From assembly GCA_002269645.1 (NCBI GenBank), contig NIVC01000568.1:372001-436000 (forward strand): 64,000 nt of DNA. The letters run 5' to 3'. Within the stretch, counting starts at the first letter, position 1. Every line of letters begins with the position of its first letter. Positions 14,701 through 26,814 of the stretch are shown here, one piece after another. Source of the DNA: Macrostomum lignano (taxonomy: Eukaryota). The notes beneath the pieces were generated by a model, which made no database searches, had not been told where the DNA came from, and saw only the letters and a program-made list of their open reading frames with translations. The position numbers were made by a program, and so were the translations under genes.

Positions 14701-17700
14701 AGGATAGCTGGAGCCGAGATCTGCACTTGCAACTTGGCCTTTTTGAGTCCAGTGAGCTCACCCATAACTTCAAATCTCTGCATCTCGCGGTGAAACACAT
14801 GCTGAATGATGACGTCGCTCTTGTACACGTCAGAGTCCTTATTAACCGACAAGTGCACTTTCGAAGACGATAGGGCAGAAAATGGTGTAGTTGACTCAAT
14901 TTCAAAGATTCCTCGATTGTCAACGCTGCTCTTGATGATAATGGCCTTCTCCAGCCCAACGTCGATGGTCAACTGTGCTGAAGAGCTCTGGGGGTTTCTG
15001 TTAAAAGTCAAAACCAGCTTTTTACTTCCTACTGGACACTGCGTTGAAACCTTGCTGGTAAAACTGAGCTGTGTGCCAGTGTACACTGATGCCATTTCCA
15101 TCTTCAACGAATGCTCCTTGTTGTAGGTGACAGATGCACGTACATACTTCTCAGCTTCCATCCATGCCCACTGAGTTGTTGCCTCAAGAGACTGAAGCTT
15201 CCTAAATGGAGTATCCAAGCTAAACTTGTGCTCGCGACCGTCCGAGTTGATTTTGCTCGCTACAGACATGCCGAATAGTTTTTGGAGATTATGGCTGAAC
15301 TCCAGAGTTGTCTTACTTCCGTCTTCGGTGCTTGAATGAACAACCAGGCGCTCGTGCTTCAGTACGTCAAATGGGGTCTGCAGAATCACCTCGTGCATCC
15401 TATTGTTCACCGTAGGAAGTACCTTAGTTGTCAACTTGATCGCCTCCTCGTTCCAGAAAATCTCACTGCTGGAAGATTCTTCATTATCACTATCACGTCG
15501 TGAGGAGTGCACTACTCCAAACCTAGACAATAGTTGGTGAGGTGTGTCGACCTTGAAGTGAAACCTTGGTCCAGTCATCGTTGCCACGGTATCCACCTGG
15601 TAGTCGCCGGTGTAAGGAACCTTCGCCTGAACATTCGACTCAAATCTTGAACTTCCATACTTGGTTGTCCCCTTCAGGGTAACAGGTTCCATGAAAGGAG
15701 CCATGATGGAAAAGCTGCATCCCATTTGTCGGTCTCGATGAGCCGTCAGCTCGTCATACGCCGATAGAGCAACTTCTACAGTTTTTCCTGGTAGATAGGT
15801 AACCTTGCAGTTAGAGCCAATCATCTGGTTGTTGTTCTTGTGATCCCAAGTGATGGAGAATGTCTCGTAGCCAGAGAATGGTGTTGTAAGACTGATGGTT
15901 CCTCGGGACTCCAGCTTGTTGTAGGGCTGTGGAATAAAATTAAAATTCGAATTCATTGACACCGTCCTGTCGTCATTCCACGTTAGTTCAGCATTGCTGG
16001 TGAACTGCTTGCCGTCGTCTTTGTGGTTGAACTCGAACAGTAGCTTTGGCATCCACTCGAACGTACTAGTGCTCTCAATCTTAAGACCAAGATCGCTGCT
16101 CTGGCTGTAGAAGCCCTTATTGTGTCCTTGTACTTCGAAAGTCATATTTTTGGTCTTGAACTCCATGTCCAATTTGGTCTTGATTTCGCTGGAAGTTAGC
16201 AAATGGGTGAGCTCAAACTTGATAAAGCTGGCCTGTGCCCACGGTGTAACAATGCTCAGTCTTGAATGGAAGTTGTTGATGTTGCCCAGATTGATTAGAA
16301 GCTCGGCCTTGAATCGTCTGCTGTTAATGATGCTTTCGATTTTGAGCTGCCTAATGCGCAGAGAGCCATAACCATCTAGCTTCAGTGTGATGTCTTCGTA
16401 TCTACGGAATGGCGTCACCAGTTTCAGCATCGACACGATTCCCTTTTCGGTCCATCCGTCGTTGATGTCATACATGAAATTGGCCGATACTTTCTTGCCG
16501 TTTCCATAAACCATTTCGATAAATTTGTTGCCCTTCAGATGCTCGTTATTTTCCTTGAGATTAAACTCCACGGAACCGGTCGGATAGTTGATCACTAGTT
16601 TCCCGTCTCTTTTTAGAGAGTGGGCCATCCGATTGACCTTCATGTGTCCTTCAATTTGGAAGCCATCAGACCGAGCTCGCCTTGGGTTCCAATACAGCTC
16701 AGCAGTCAGCCTGTTGCTGTCATCTTCCTTGTTCACAAACAATCGACTCCTTACATCAACTCCTGGCGCAGCCAACTGTCCTTGGATTGTGATGTCATCG
16801 TAGCTGAACTTGGCTGACGCGTTTGCAGAGTAGATCCCGCTAGGAGAAGCAACAGCTGCAGAGATTGATGGCTCGGAGCTGCTGGTATCCAGATGCAGCT
16901 CAGTCTCGATTCTGGTATAATCAGCCAGATTTAGGCGACCCTTAGCCGAATACTTCTCCGTCTGATGTTGAAGCTCAACAGCCATGCTGTGCTCCACATC
17001 GGGCAGTGCAACAGCGGTTTCAAATCTGAAAGTTCTCGATAGACGCTGCAGCTTGGAGACGGCCTTGTAGATTTGATCAACCACTTGGGTCCTCGCGGAA
17101 GCCGTGTACAAAATGGTACCGGGTTGGCGGCTGAACTCCAAACTTGTTTCAAAGTTTCTGCCAGCCACCTTTTCATCACTGGCCATCAGCTTTGAGCGCA
17201 CTTGTGTCCAGGAATTATCGTACTCAAACTCTTTTTGCATGTTGTACTTTGCTGTTTTCGTCTCCAAAGTTGCTGTCAACTTGTACTGATTGTTGCCTTC
17301 GCGCTGGGCCACTTCGTACTTCTTCTGCAAACGTGCGAAGTCTCCACTGTTACCAAACTCCGCGACGATATCCAGTTCGTGGTTGTAGTAGTTGCTTCGC
17401 TTGGAAAAAGCGGCTACATAAGTGTTGTACTGCGGAAACTCGGAAAGCAAGCACTTAAAGCTGCCTTTGAGATGGTGCTCACCAGTCGAAGCCGAAAACT
17501 TGAGCGTCGGCTCAATCCGGATGGTCTGCTCGCTCTTCTCCCCGATCTTGTATGACACAGTTGTCATGCCAGAGATGCTGCCACTTGTCAACGCGTAATC
17601 AGATCGAAGCTTGCCGCTAAGGAAGGGTGAGTTCAGGCTTGCTGTGGCTGCTGCTGTGGGGCCAGTCTGCATGAAGGTGCTGCTCACAGTGATCGGGCTA

Positions 17701-20173
17701 GTTAGAATATTTTCTGCGCTAAATTCTACCTTCCAGTTTTCTTCGTTAGACAGCTTGCCTCTACTGATCAGACCTTTCAGGATGACCGGTTCGGAGGTGA
17801 GGAATCGGAGCTCCATCCTCTCCAGCTCGTGCTTCACTTCCTCTGCTGTTTCACTCTTGCGATAGTTGGCTGTAGCTCTAGTGTACACAGTGCCATCGAC
17901 TTCGGTTGAAAAAACCAGCCGCTTGGAGGAGCCTTCCGAGTCAACATTCATCAAAACTTTTCCCTTTTTCCAAGGGGTGAGCAATGAGGCCTCGATTCGC
18001 TTATTGGTAGAATCGATGACAAACTCAGCATGAAGCTTCCGGTCCACCCTTGAGCCGGGGGTGTCGATCAGAGCCTTCCAGTGACGGTTCATTCCTTCCT
18101 TCTTGTTGACTAGGTGCAGCTGGTAGCTTGTGTGCGTATCGCGCTTAAACATGGTAACATCCATCTCCATTCCGGCAGCCAGTGGAGCCAAAGGCGCGCT
18201 TTCCTGCGGTACCAGGGTAGGATAGCTAATCTCGGCGCAAAATTCTACTCCCAGAATCTTCTCCATCAGCTTGCCCTGGGAGCAAGCCTTGTGCTTGATC
18301 AGAAGATCCCGACGCATAGTTTGTTCGCGTTCCACAGAGCGATGAATCACAAAGTAGCTGGTCTTCGTGTTCAGAATGTTCTGTCGGTCTCTGGGCTGCT
18401 GGAACTCGACCTGCAGTTCTTCGCCATTCGACGTCTTGATCGTAGCTTGCATCTCCGTGCTGCTGTGAATACTGGCGGTCATCTTCACGCCATAGTCCCC
18501 ATAGATCGTTCCAATGCCAAGCATTCCGCTAAGATGCACAGTTCCAGATGGAGAAAGCTTGCCTTCAACCTCAACCTTTGGCGGCCACTGCATCAGTTTC
18601 TTAACGTCTAGTTTGCCGCTGCTCTTAATGACAAAAGAAGCTGTACCATTGGTGCCCAGGATCAGAGGAAAGCCAGAGATTGTTGGGATAGAGACCTGCG
18701 TATCCAGGAAAGAGAAAGACTTCTGCCAGTTGACCTCTCGAAGCTGCTTCAAAGAGTTGAGCCACTCAAGCAAATTGGTACCGCTGCGCTCCAGGTTCTC
18801 CCTCCACAAGTCCACAAAGGCAATCTGGTGTCCGAAGACCTTGATATCCAAACTGCCGCCGATTTCGTCTTCGATAACCTTGAAGGTGTTGTCGAGTTCA
18901 GCCAGTTGACTGTTTGTGTCCGTCTGCTGTTTGCGCTCCATTCCTTTGGGCCCGAGGTACTTCTCCAGTAGGGTCTCTAGGCCTTGAACACGACCGCCGA
19001 CTTCAAAGAAATTAAACGACTTGCCGAAAAGGTCGAGCGTCATGTTTAGAGTGGCAGACCGAGGCAGAAAGCTTCGTTGAGACCAGATCAGGTTGGACTC
19101 CACCTTGGCACCAGCATTCAGGTAGTTTGAAAAGAAGGACTTCTCGACATTCCGGCTGAACTTTAGCTTATCGAGATCGTACTGCTTCTTGAGCTTCACA
19201 TCTTCGACAATGAGGCGGATGTCCTGCTTGTGCGGATCAGAAGTTTCCAGAAGGTTGGTTAGATGCGTCCACATGAAGGAGGCGAACTGGTTGCTGCTCT
19301 CAGCCGTCAGGAGCTCCTTGACAGTGTCGAACAATTCCATTGTCGGACAGGACATCAGGCCTAGGTAGGCTGTGATTCGCAGCTCAGAGTCCACGTCCTT
19401 GTTTCGAATCAGCTTCATCAGTGGTGTTCTGTCTTCCGAGCAGGGTGTTCGTCTGAGGGCTTCGATGGCCGCAACCCGAACTTCCACCAGGTTGGCCTCT
19501 CGATTGACGCACTGCACCAGGGTGGGCATGAGGTCAATGAGATATCCAGCGTTTCCGATAGCCTTGAGTGTCGTTAGCAGAGCTTTCCGATCTCCGGTGG
19601 AACAGTCCCTGCCAAGAAGCCTCTGTAGGGCAGCTCCGATGCTTTTCACAATCGGATCCTTGCTGCACTCGGACCTGCTCTTGCAGTACTGATGCACCAG
19701 GGCACCGATACCCAGCTGGGCTTGTTGACTTGGGTTCTCGGCTTCTAGCAGAGGAAGAAGGCTTTCCAGCATTGCCCTTTCTGGTTGCTGCACAAAAGCA
19801 AGAGACGTGAGCCACATTTCTGAAATAGTCGACGAAATCTTTCCGCTTAGAACGAGCTCCTTCATCATTGCGGTTGCTGCTGCAGTCGAGACCATGGGCA
19901 ATGCGTCAAAGAAGAACTGCTGAGCCATCTGACCATTGCGCCGGCAAACAGAAGAGCCTTCTACTTCGCTTCGGATTGCTGCGAGTTGCTGGCTGGATAG
20001 ACCTCGAAGTCGATGGATCAGCTCGTTGAACAGTTTCGGCGTCTGCGGCGTCACGGAGGTACCAAGCTCGCAGAGGTCGTTCAGAACTGACCGGACATCC
20101 TGCTCGGGTACTCGGGAGGGCTGCTTGAAGTCGTGGTGCTGATATTCTAGCGGGCTTCGCTTGAAAGTATGAT
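5707..20173 (-). CDS. LLTP exon 4, part A (alpha-helical domain, DUF1943/DUF1081-like region, long amphipathic beta region with recurring TPF motifs)
   Basis: Acceptor TTATTTCAG|AT at 20173 (phase 1, gives D-HTFKR). 4,881-aa ORF in the track with LKAIGNAG, VRVAAIEALRR, SELRITAYL, FSRNVE and LPRSATLN LLTP motifs. The last ~37 residues of the tracked ORF are out of frame. Confidence 0.95.
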
Positions 20174-20206
20174 CTGAAATAAGATTGTTGATGGGCTTGG
20201 GTTGAG

Positions 20207-20226
20207 GTGTGTGTGTGTGTGTGTGT
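20207..20226. repeat. (GT)n microsatellite near the exon 4 acceptor
   Basis: About 10 GT units. Confidence 0.9.
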
Positions 20227-20305
20227 ACGCGCATTTTGTTTTTTGTTGTGTACCCTCGGTCGACTTTAGATTCTCGACCCAGAAACTAAATCTGCAAAAC
20301 ATGAA

Positions 20306-20540
20306 CTCTGACCAACTTGGTCAGAGCAATTTTGATAGCTGAGATTCAATGGCGACCCGAATTTTGATTTCACCCTGACCTCGGACTTTCACTTTCGTAC
20401 GAGCTATCAAAGTTTGGTGGACTCTCGGCAACTTATCAAAGGGGACCAGTGTTGATCAAACTGGCCTAACCAAACTGGTCACGTCTTATCAGTTCCTCCA
20501 GGGCAGCAGCTGGGTATGGAAGAAATAGGTCAGCGATAAG
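20306..20540. promoter_or_regulatory. Putative intronic enhancer (GATA plus nuclear-receptor half-site cluster) in LLTP intron 3
   Basis: GATA cores at 20333, 20404, 20433, 20486, 20534; TGACC/GGTCA half-sites including palindrome CTCTGACCAA-C-TTGGTCAGAG (20306-20326) and AGGTCA (20527). Confidence 0.35.
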
Positions 20541-20742
20541 ACCCTCTGGTCAGAGTCACGAGTTAAAATCACGAGGTTAAAATCTACCACCCTACGAGTG
20601 AGATTTATCTTGTGAAAAAAAGCATTTCAATATTTTTTCTGCTATCGGACGCCATTAGAGTACAATACAGCAGATCGATTAACTCATGCAACAGAATACA
20701 TGTAACCCAAATTATAACCAAGCAAAAGTAAAATAATGTTAC

Positions 20743-21094
20743 CGTGACTGAGCCTGGGCATTCCGCCAGAGCCAATAAACTCCATCCTCTGCTCGACCTG
20801 CGTGACAGCGCCGGCGTTGTCGGTGCTGAACGGCCTGAAGATGTGCTCCTCGGTGCACAGGGAGCTCTTGAGATTGCCGCTAGAATAGTAGACAACCTTG
20901 CAGGTCCTGTTGGCCTTTGTTAGCGGCATCGACTGGATCTGAGCCGGGACTCTGTAGGAGCTGCTCTGGAAGCTGCCTCGAACCCGCTGCTGGTCCAGGC
21001 AGCTCATCAGGTCGGTGACTTTGACCACCTCGAATTCTCGGCCGCTCTCCTTGGCTGGCGAGTAGGTGACCTTGCACTTGCCGCTGATGTCCGT
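20743..21094 (-). CDS. LLTP exon 3
   Basis: Acceptor TTTTTCCAG|; E-TDISGKCKVTY motif (LLTP ETD..G.C...Y) completed across the junction; donor CAC G|GTAAC, phase 1. Confidence 0.92.
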
Positions 21095-21457
21095 CTGGAA
21101 AAAACGGAGAGTGAATGCAGGAATTTTTACATGTCTATTTCTCAGAAATACAAGTTTTTCAAACCGGGAACAGAGGATTGTCTTTAAAGTGCACCAAATA
21201 CTTTGACTAAAAGCTTTGATGGCATTATTCTGGAGCTCGATGCGACCGTTTCTCTCCCTTGAGCTCGCGTAAGCTGAAGCTTAGCAACGCGGGCAGTGAG
21301 TTGTTCTGCATGTTTGTTTCTCCCCTGCTATGAGTCCCAAGCTTCAACTAAGGGTGAGCACAAATGATTGTGCAAGATGTTTAAGCACTTCTCTTAATCT
21401 TAAGCCATCGACAGGGTAAACTATTCAGATCATTATGAGTCGAATCTAATGACTCAC

Positions 21458-21927
21458 CTCGATGCCATTGTAGGACTCGACTTTGTTTGGGTTCGTGTTC
21501 TGCAGCATGCTGATCGCGGCCTTCTTGATGTTCAACACCCACTCGGGTTCCAGCAGCTCGGCGCAAACTTCCGGGATTTGGCCGTTCCGCAGGACGAAGT
21601 GGACATCGGAGGCGGTGAGCTCACTTTCGAACTGCGCCTGATGCGGGCTCTCGGTCCAGCGAGTCGGGTCCGAGGGGTCCTGCTCGCTGACTCGGACCTC
21701 CTCCATCCGCATGGCCAACTCGCAGGTCGAGAATGCATCCAGCACGACTTTGGCAGTCAGGCGAAGTCCAGTAGATTCCTCGGAGGCGCCTTTGATCTCG
21801 GATCGCACCCCGGTCATGTAGTTGAAAGTGTAGGACTTGCCGGGAGTGTAAGGGGACGGGGCGTCGCCGTCCTTTGGGCGTGGGCAAGATTTGGCGCAAC
21901 CGCCATCCTGCCGACGTGTCAGCGGAC
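21458..21927 (-). CDS. LLTP exon 2, start of the Vitellogenin_N (LPD_N) beta-barrel
   Basis: Acceptor AATAACAG|, open frame GPLTRRQDGGCAKSC...YTFNYMTGVRSEIKG...VLNIKKAAISMLQ...NGIE, donor GAG|GTGAGT. LNIKK..IS.LQ is typical of Vitellogenin_N. Confidence 0.92.
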
Positions 21928-22002
21928 CTGTTATTTGGTGATTGGCGGTGTTATAAAGTTGATTAGGTCAGTCATTTTCGAATCTGAACACCCATTTGGC
22001 TG

Positions 22003-22219
22003 TTGCCCATAGACAAAGACATAGACGGAAAAAGGCAAACAAGTTGATAACTCTGATCTTTACCGCGTGGAAGTCGATGTTTAAGTATGATTTCTATGAG
22101 TTGAAAAATTCAATAACAGTTTTGAAAACTGAGAGAGTCTATGAAAGAGGCTGATGCTGGCATCCTTGTTTGTGCTGATGTCTATGTCCGAATTGTCAAC
22201 TTCTATGGTCTATGGGCAA
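22003..22219. mobile_element. MITE-like element in LLTP intron 1
   Basis: Perfect 12-bp inverted termini TTGCCCATAGAC / GTCTATGGGCAA, 217 bp end to end, with extra ATAGAC/TCTATG subterminal copies; no clear TSD. Confidence 0.55.
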
Positions 22220-22606
22220 GACCAAAATCTACTGCTGCCAAAAGGCAATCCTCAACTTTATTGGCTTGATTATGAACTTCGCTGACAAATGCAAAATATT
22301 AGTTTTGAGCTTCTAGTCATTCAGTTCTCTCTTTAATCCACGGATTAATTCTTGAAATATAGACACGCATCAGTTGTTGGGCTTTCCCCCAAAATTTCAG
22401 CCGATGGATTCCTGTATTTGAATATCTAAATCAGTGATTGGTACAGATTACATGAATTCTATCAATCTTTCAATAAATTTATCTGACTAGTATGAACACA
22501 AGACACATACGAAGCTAAATGTCTTACACTTACACAACGAGATACAGCTATACACGCCTACATTGTTGAACAAAAGAGCAAAATTTCTGACTAAATTCCA
22601 GCTTAC

Positions 22607-22661
22607 CAGCATTAGCCAGAGCCGCCAGCACTAGCAGAAGAAGCACCGTCTTGTGCTCCAT
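22607..22661 (-). CDS. Large lipid transfer protein (apolipophorin/apoB-like), exon 1: signal peptide MEHKTVLLLLVLAALANA
   Basis: ATG at 22661, hydrophobic signal peptide, phase-1 donor G|GTAAGC at 22606; the phase matches exon 2. Not in the ORF track (too short). Confidence 0.85.
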
Positions 22662-22795
22662 CGTTGGAGTCTTCAATTTAGTTTGCAAAGTTTCTCAGAT
22701 TGCAACAATTTGCAAGTATAGAGTTAAAGAATTCTTTTGACCTGAGAGCCAAAGGAAAAATTGGTTGAACTGGACTCCAGAGCCCCAAAGCCGCC

Positions 22796-22803
22796 TTTTT
22801 ATA
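22796..22803 (-). promoter_or_regulatory. TATA box of the LLTP gene
   Basis: TATAAAAA ~135 nt upstream of the ATG; GATA motifs nearby (AGATAA ~22872, CTTATC ~23105). Confidence 0.6.
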
Positions 22804-23471
22804 CCCTTCAACTAGCTGTTAGGGTCCATCTTGGGGTCCAGATTTCATAACTGATTGCAACTTCGGTTAGGAGATAAGCCTGCTTTCTCTTAAACTGCAA
22901 AATAGTTTAGATTTCGTTGCTGGGGAGGGTAGAGGGAGGGTGGGGGGCAAAGTTCAACAACTCTCTGAAATTAGGAAACTGCACCCTCTCTATGTGTTTC
23001 TGTGCCGTTAGAGTTATCAGAACTGGTTTCCTGAGCGCGCTCTTCTGTTTCTTCCAGCCCGCTGCTCATTTTTCGTCACTTTACCTGCATGGCGCTGACG
23101 TTCCCTTATCGCTCTCTGCGTGTAGTTTTATTTCTCGAATATTCTGTTAGAAAAAACTAATTTTTGCATTTTCGAGCCTGACCAAATTATCTATAAACAG
23201 TTTACAGGTTAGTTAAGCTAAAAAGACGAGCAATTAGTCAGAACAATAATTATTCCTATTGTGTGTTTAAAAACTCGTCTGCTTGCAATACAATAATGCA
23301 CTGTACTATAAAGCATGAATTGCACTGAACCCAGCCTACATGGATAAAGACTCGCAGTGATATTCTATGGTAAAAACAAGCATCCATTGCTGCGAAATAG
23401 CCAGTAAATGATGTGAACGCACGACTTTTTAGTGCCACAGAGACACTCGTGAGCTTCGCGATGTACCGGTA

Positions 23472-26400
23472 TAGTGTTTTTACGTAAGCGTTGTAGTGTC
23501 TCCGTTGATGCAGTGTTCCTACATAGTGTTGTAGTGTCTCCGTTGATGCAGTGTTCCTACATAGTGTTGTAGTGTCTCTGTTGATGCAGTGTTCCTACAT
23601 AGTGTTGTAGTGTCTCTGTTGATGCAGTGTTCCTACATAGTGTTGTAGTGTCTCCGTTGATGCAGTGTTCCTACATAGTGTTGTAGTGTCTCCGTTGATG
23701 CAGTGTTCCTACATAGTGTTGTAGTGTCTCCGTTGATGCAGTGTTCCTACATAGTGTTGTAGTGTCTCCGTTGATGCAGTGTTCCTACATAGTGTTGTAG
23801 TGTCTCCGTTGATGCAGTGTTCCTACATAGTGTTGTAGTGTCTCCGTTGATGCAGTGTTCCTACATAGTGTTGTAGTGTCTCCGTTGATGCAGTGTTCCT
23901 ACAGTGTTGTAGTGTCTCCATTGATGTAGTGTTTCTACGTAGTGTTGTAGTGTCTCCATTGATGTAGTGTTTCTACGTAAGCGTTGTAGTGTCTCCGTTG
24001 ATGCAGTGTTCCTACATAGTGTTGTAGTGTCTCCGTTGATGCAGTGTTCCTACATAGTGTTGTAGTGTCTCCGTTGATGCAGTGTTCCTACATAGTGTTG
24101 TAGTGTCTCCGTTGATGCAGTGTTCCTACATAGTGTTGTAGTGTCTCTGTTGATGCAGTGTTCCTACATAGTGTTGTAGTGTCTCCGTTGATGCAGTGTT
24201 CCTACATAGTGTTGTAGTGTCTCCGTTGATGCAGTGTTCCTACATAGTGTTGTAGTGTCTCTGTTGATGCAGTGTTCCTACATAGTGTTGTAGTGTCTCT
24301 GTTGATGCAGTGTTCCTACATAGTGTTGTAGTGTCTCCGTTGATGCAGTGTTCCTACATAGTGTTGTAGTGTCTCCGTTGATGCAGTGTTCCTACATAGT
24401 GTTGTAGTGTCTCCGTTGATGCAGTGTTCCTACATAGTGTTGTAGTGTCTCCGTTGATGCAGTGTTCCTACATAGTGTTGTAGTGTCTCTGTTGATGCAG
24501 TGTTCCTACATAGTGTTGTAGTGTCTCCGTTGATGCAGTGTTCCTACATAGTGTTGTAGTGTCTCCGTTGATGCAGTGTTCCTACATAGTGTTGTAGTGT
24601 CTCTGTTGATGCAGTGTTCCTACATAGTGTTGTAGTGTCTCCGTTGATGCAGTGTTCCTACATAGTGTTGTAGTGTCTCCGTTGATGCAGTGTTCCTACA
24701 TAGTGTTGTAGTGTCTCTGTTGATGCAGTGTTCCTACAGTGTTGTAGTGTCTCCGTTGATGCAGTGTTCCTACATAGTGTTGTAGTGTCTCCGTTGATGC
24801 AGTGTTCCTACATAGTGTTGTAGTGTCTCCGTTGATGCAGTGTTCCTACATAGTGTTGTAGTGTCTCCGTTGATGCAGTGTTCCTACATAGTGCTGTAGT
24901 GTCTCTGTTGATGCAGTGTTCCTACATAGTGTTGTAGTGTCTCCGTTGATGCAGTGTTCCTACATAGTGTTGTAGTGTCTCCGTTGATGCAGTGTTCCTA
25001 CATAGTGTTGTAGTGTCTCTGTTGATGCAGTGTTCCTACAGTGTTGTAGTGTCTCCGTTGATGCAGTGTTCCTACATAGTGTTGTAGTGTCTCTGTTGAT
25101 GCAGTGTTCCTACATAGTGTTGTAGTGTCTCCGTTGATGCAGTGTTCCTACATAGTGTTGTAGTGTCTCCGTTGATGCAGTGTTCCTACATAGTGTTGTA
25201 GTGTCTCCGTTGATGCAGTGTTCCTACATAGTGTTGTAGTGTCTCCGTTGATGCAGTGTTCCTACATAGTGTTGTAGTGTCTCCGTTGATGCAGTGTTCC
25301 TACATAGTGTTGTAGTGTCTCCGTTGATGCAGTGTTCCTACAGTGTTGTAGTGTCTCCATTGATGTAGTGTTTCTACGTAGTGTTGTAGTGTCTCCATTG
25401 ATGTAGTGTTTCTACGTAAGCGTTGTAGTGTCTCCGTTGATGCAGTGTTCCTACATAGTGTTGTAGTGTCTCCGTTGATGCAGTGTTCCTACATAGTGTT
25501 GTAGTGTCTCTGTTGATGCAGTGTTCCTACATAGTGTTGTAGTGTCTCCGTTGATGCAGTGTTCCTACATAGTGTTGTAGTGTCTCTGTTGATGCAGTGT
25601 TCCTACATAGTGTTGTAGTGTCTCCGTTGATGCAGTGTTCCTACATAGTGTTGTAGTGTCTCCGTTGATGCAGTGTTCCTATATAGTGTTGTAGTGTCTC
25701 TGTTGATGCAGTGTTCCTACATAGTGTTGTAGTGTCTCTGTTGATGCAGTGTTCCTACATAGTGTTGTAGTGTCTCCGTTGATGCAGTGTTCCTACATAG
25801 TGTTGTAGTGTCTCCGTTGATGCAGTGTTCCTACATAGTGTTGTAGTGTCTCCGTTGATGCAGTGTTCCTACATAGTGTTGTAGTGTCTCCGTTGATGCA
25901 GTGTTCCTACATAGTGTTGTAGTGTCTCTGTTGATGCAGTGTTCCTACATAGTGTTGTAGTGTCTCCGTTGATGCAGTGTTCCTACATAGTGTTGTAGTG
26001 TCTCCGTTGATGCAGTGTTCCTACATAGTGTTGTAGTGTCTCTGTTGATGCAGTGTTCCTACATAGTGTTGTAGTGTCTCCGTTGATGCAGTGTTCCTAC
26101 ATAGTGTTGTAGTGTCTCCGTTGATGCAGTGTTCCTACATAGTGTTGTAGTGTCTCTGTTGATGCAGTGTTCCTACAGTGTTGTAGTGTCTCCGTTGATG
26201 CAGTGTTCCTACATAGTGTTGTAGTGTCTCCGTTGATGCAGTGTTCCTACATAGTGTTGTAGTGTCTCCGTTGATGCAGTGTTCCTACATAGTGTTGTAG
26301 TGTCTCCGTTGATGCAGTGTTCCTACATAGTGCTGTAGTGTCTCTGTTGATGCAGTGTTCCTACATAGTGTTGTAGTGTCTCCGTTGATGCAGTGTTCCT

Positions 26401-26762
26401 ACATAGTGTTGTAGTGTCTCCGTTGATGCAGTGTTCCTACATAGTGTTGTAGTGTCTCTGTTGATGCAGTGTTCCTACAGTGTTGTAGTGTCTCCGTTGA
26501 TGCAGTGTTCCTACATAGTGTTGTAGTGTCTCTGTTGATGCAGTGTTCCTACATAGTGTTGTAGTGTCTCCGTTGATGCAGTGTTCCTACATAGTGTTGT
26601 AGTGTCTCCGTTGATGCAGTGTTCCTACATAGTGTTGTAGTGTCTCCGTTGATGCAGTGTTCCTACATAGTGTTGTAGTGTCTCCGTTGATGCAGTGTTC
26701 CTACATAGTGTTGTAGTGTCTCCATTGATGCAGTGTTCCTACATAGTGTTGTAGTGTCTCTG
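23472..26762. repeat. 38-bp minisatellite, ~86 copies
   Basis: Unit ACATAGTGTTGTAGTGTCTCCGTTGATGCAGTGTTCCT with C/T variants and 2-nt deletion variants; a variant block recurs 1,439 bp apart. Confidence 0.98.
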
Positions 26763-26814
26763 TTTTTGGCGAAAATTCGCTTGGTCCCCTCTTTGATTTT
26801 TTTTCGGTCCCCCG

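Noticed and set aside
20174-20234. N-terminus MRVHTHTHTPQ... of the 4,881-aa ORF
   Set aside because: Intronic (GT)n sequence; the true frame enters through the acceptor at 20173.
23472-26762. CRISPR-like regular array
   Set aside because: Head-to-tail repeats with no unique spacers and no cas genes; eukaryotic context. The same applies to all other arrays.
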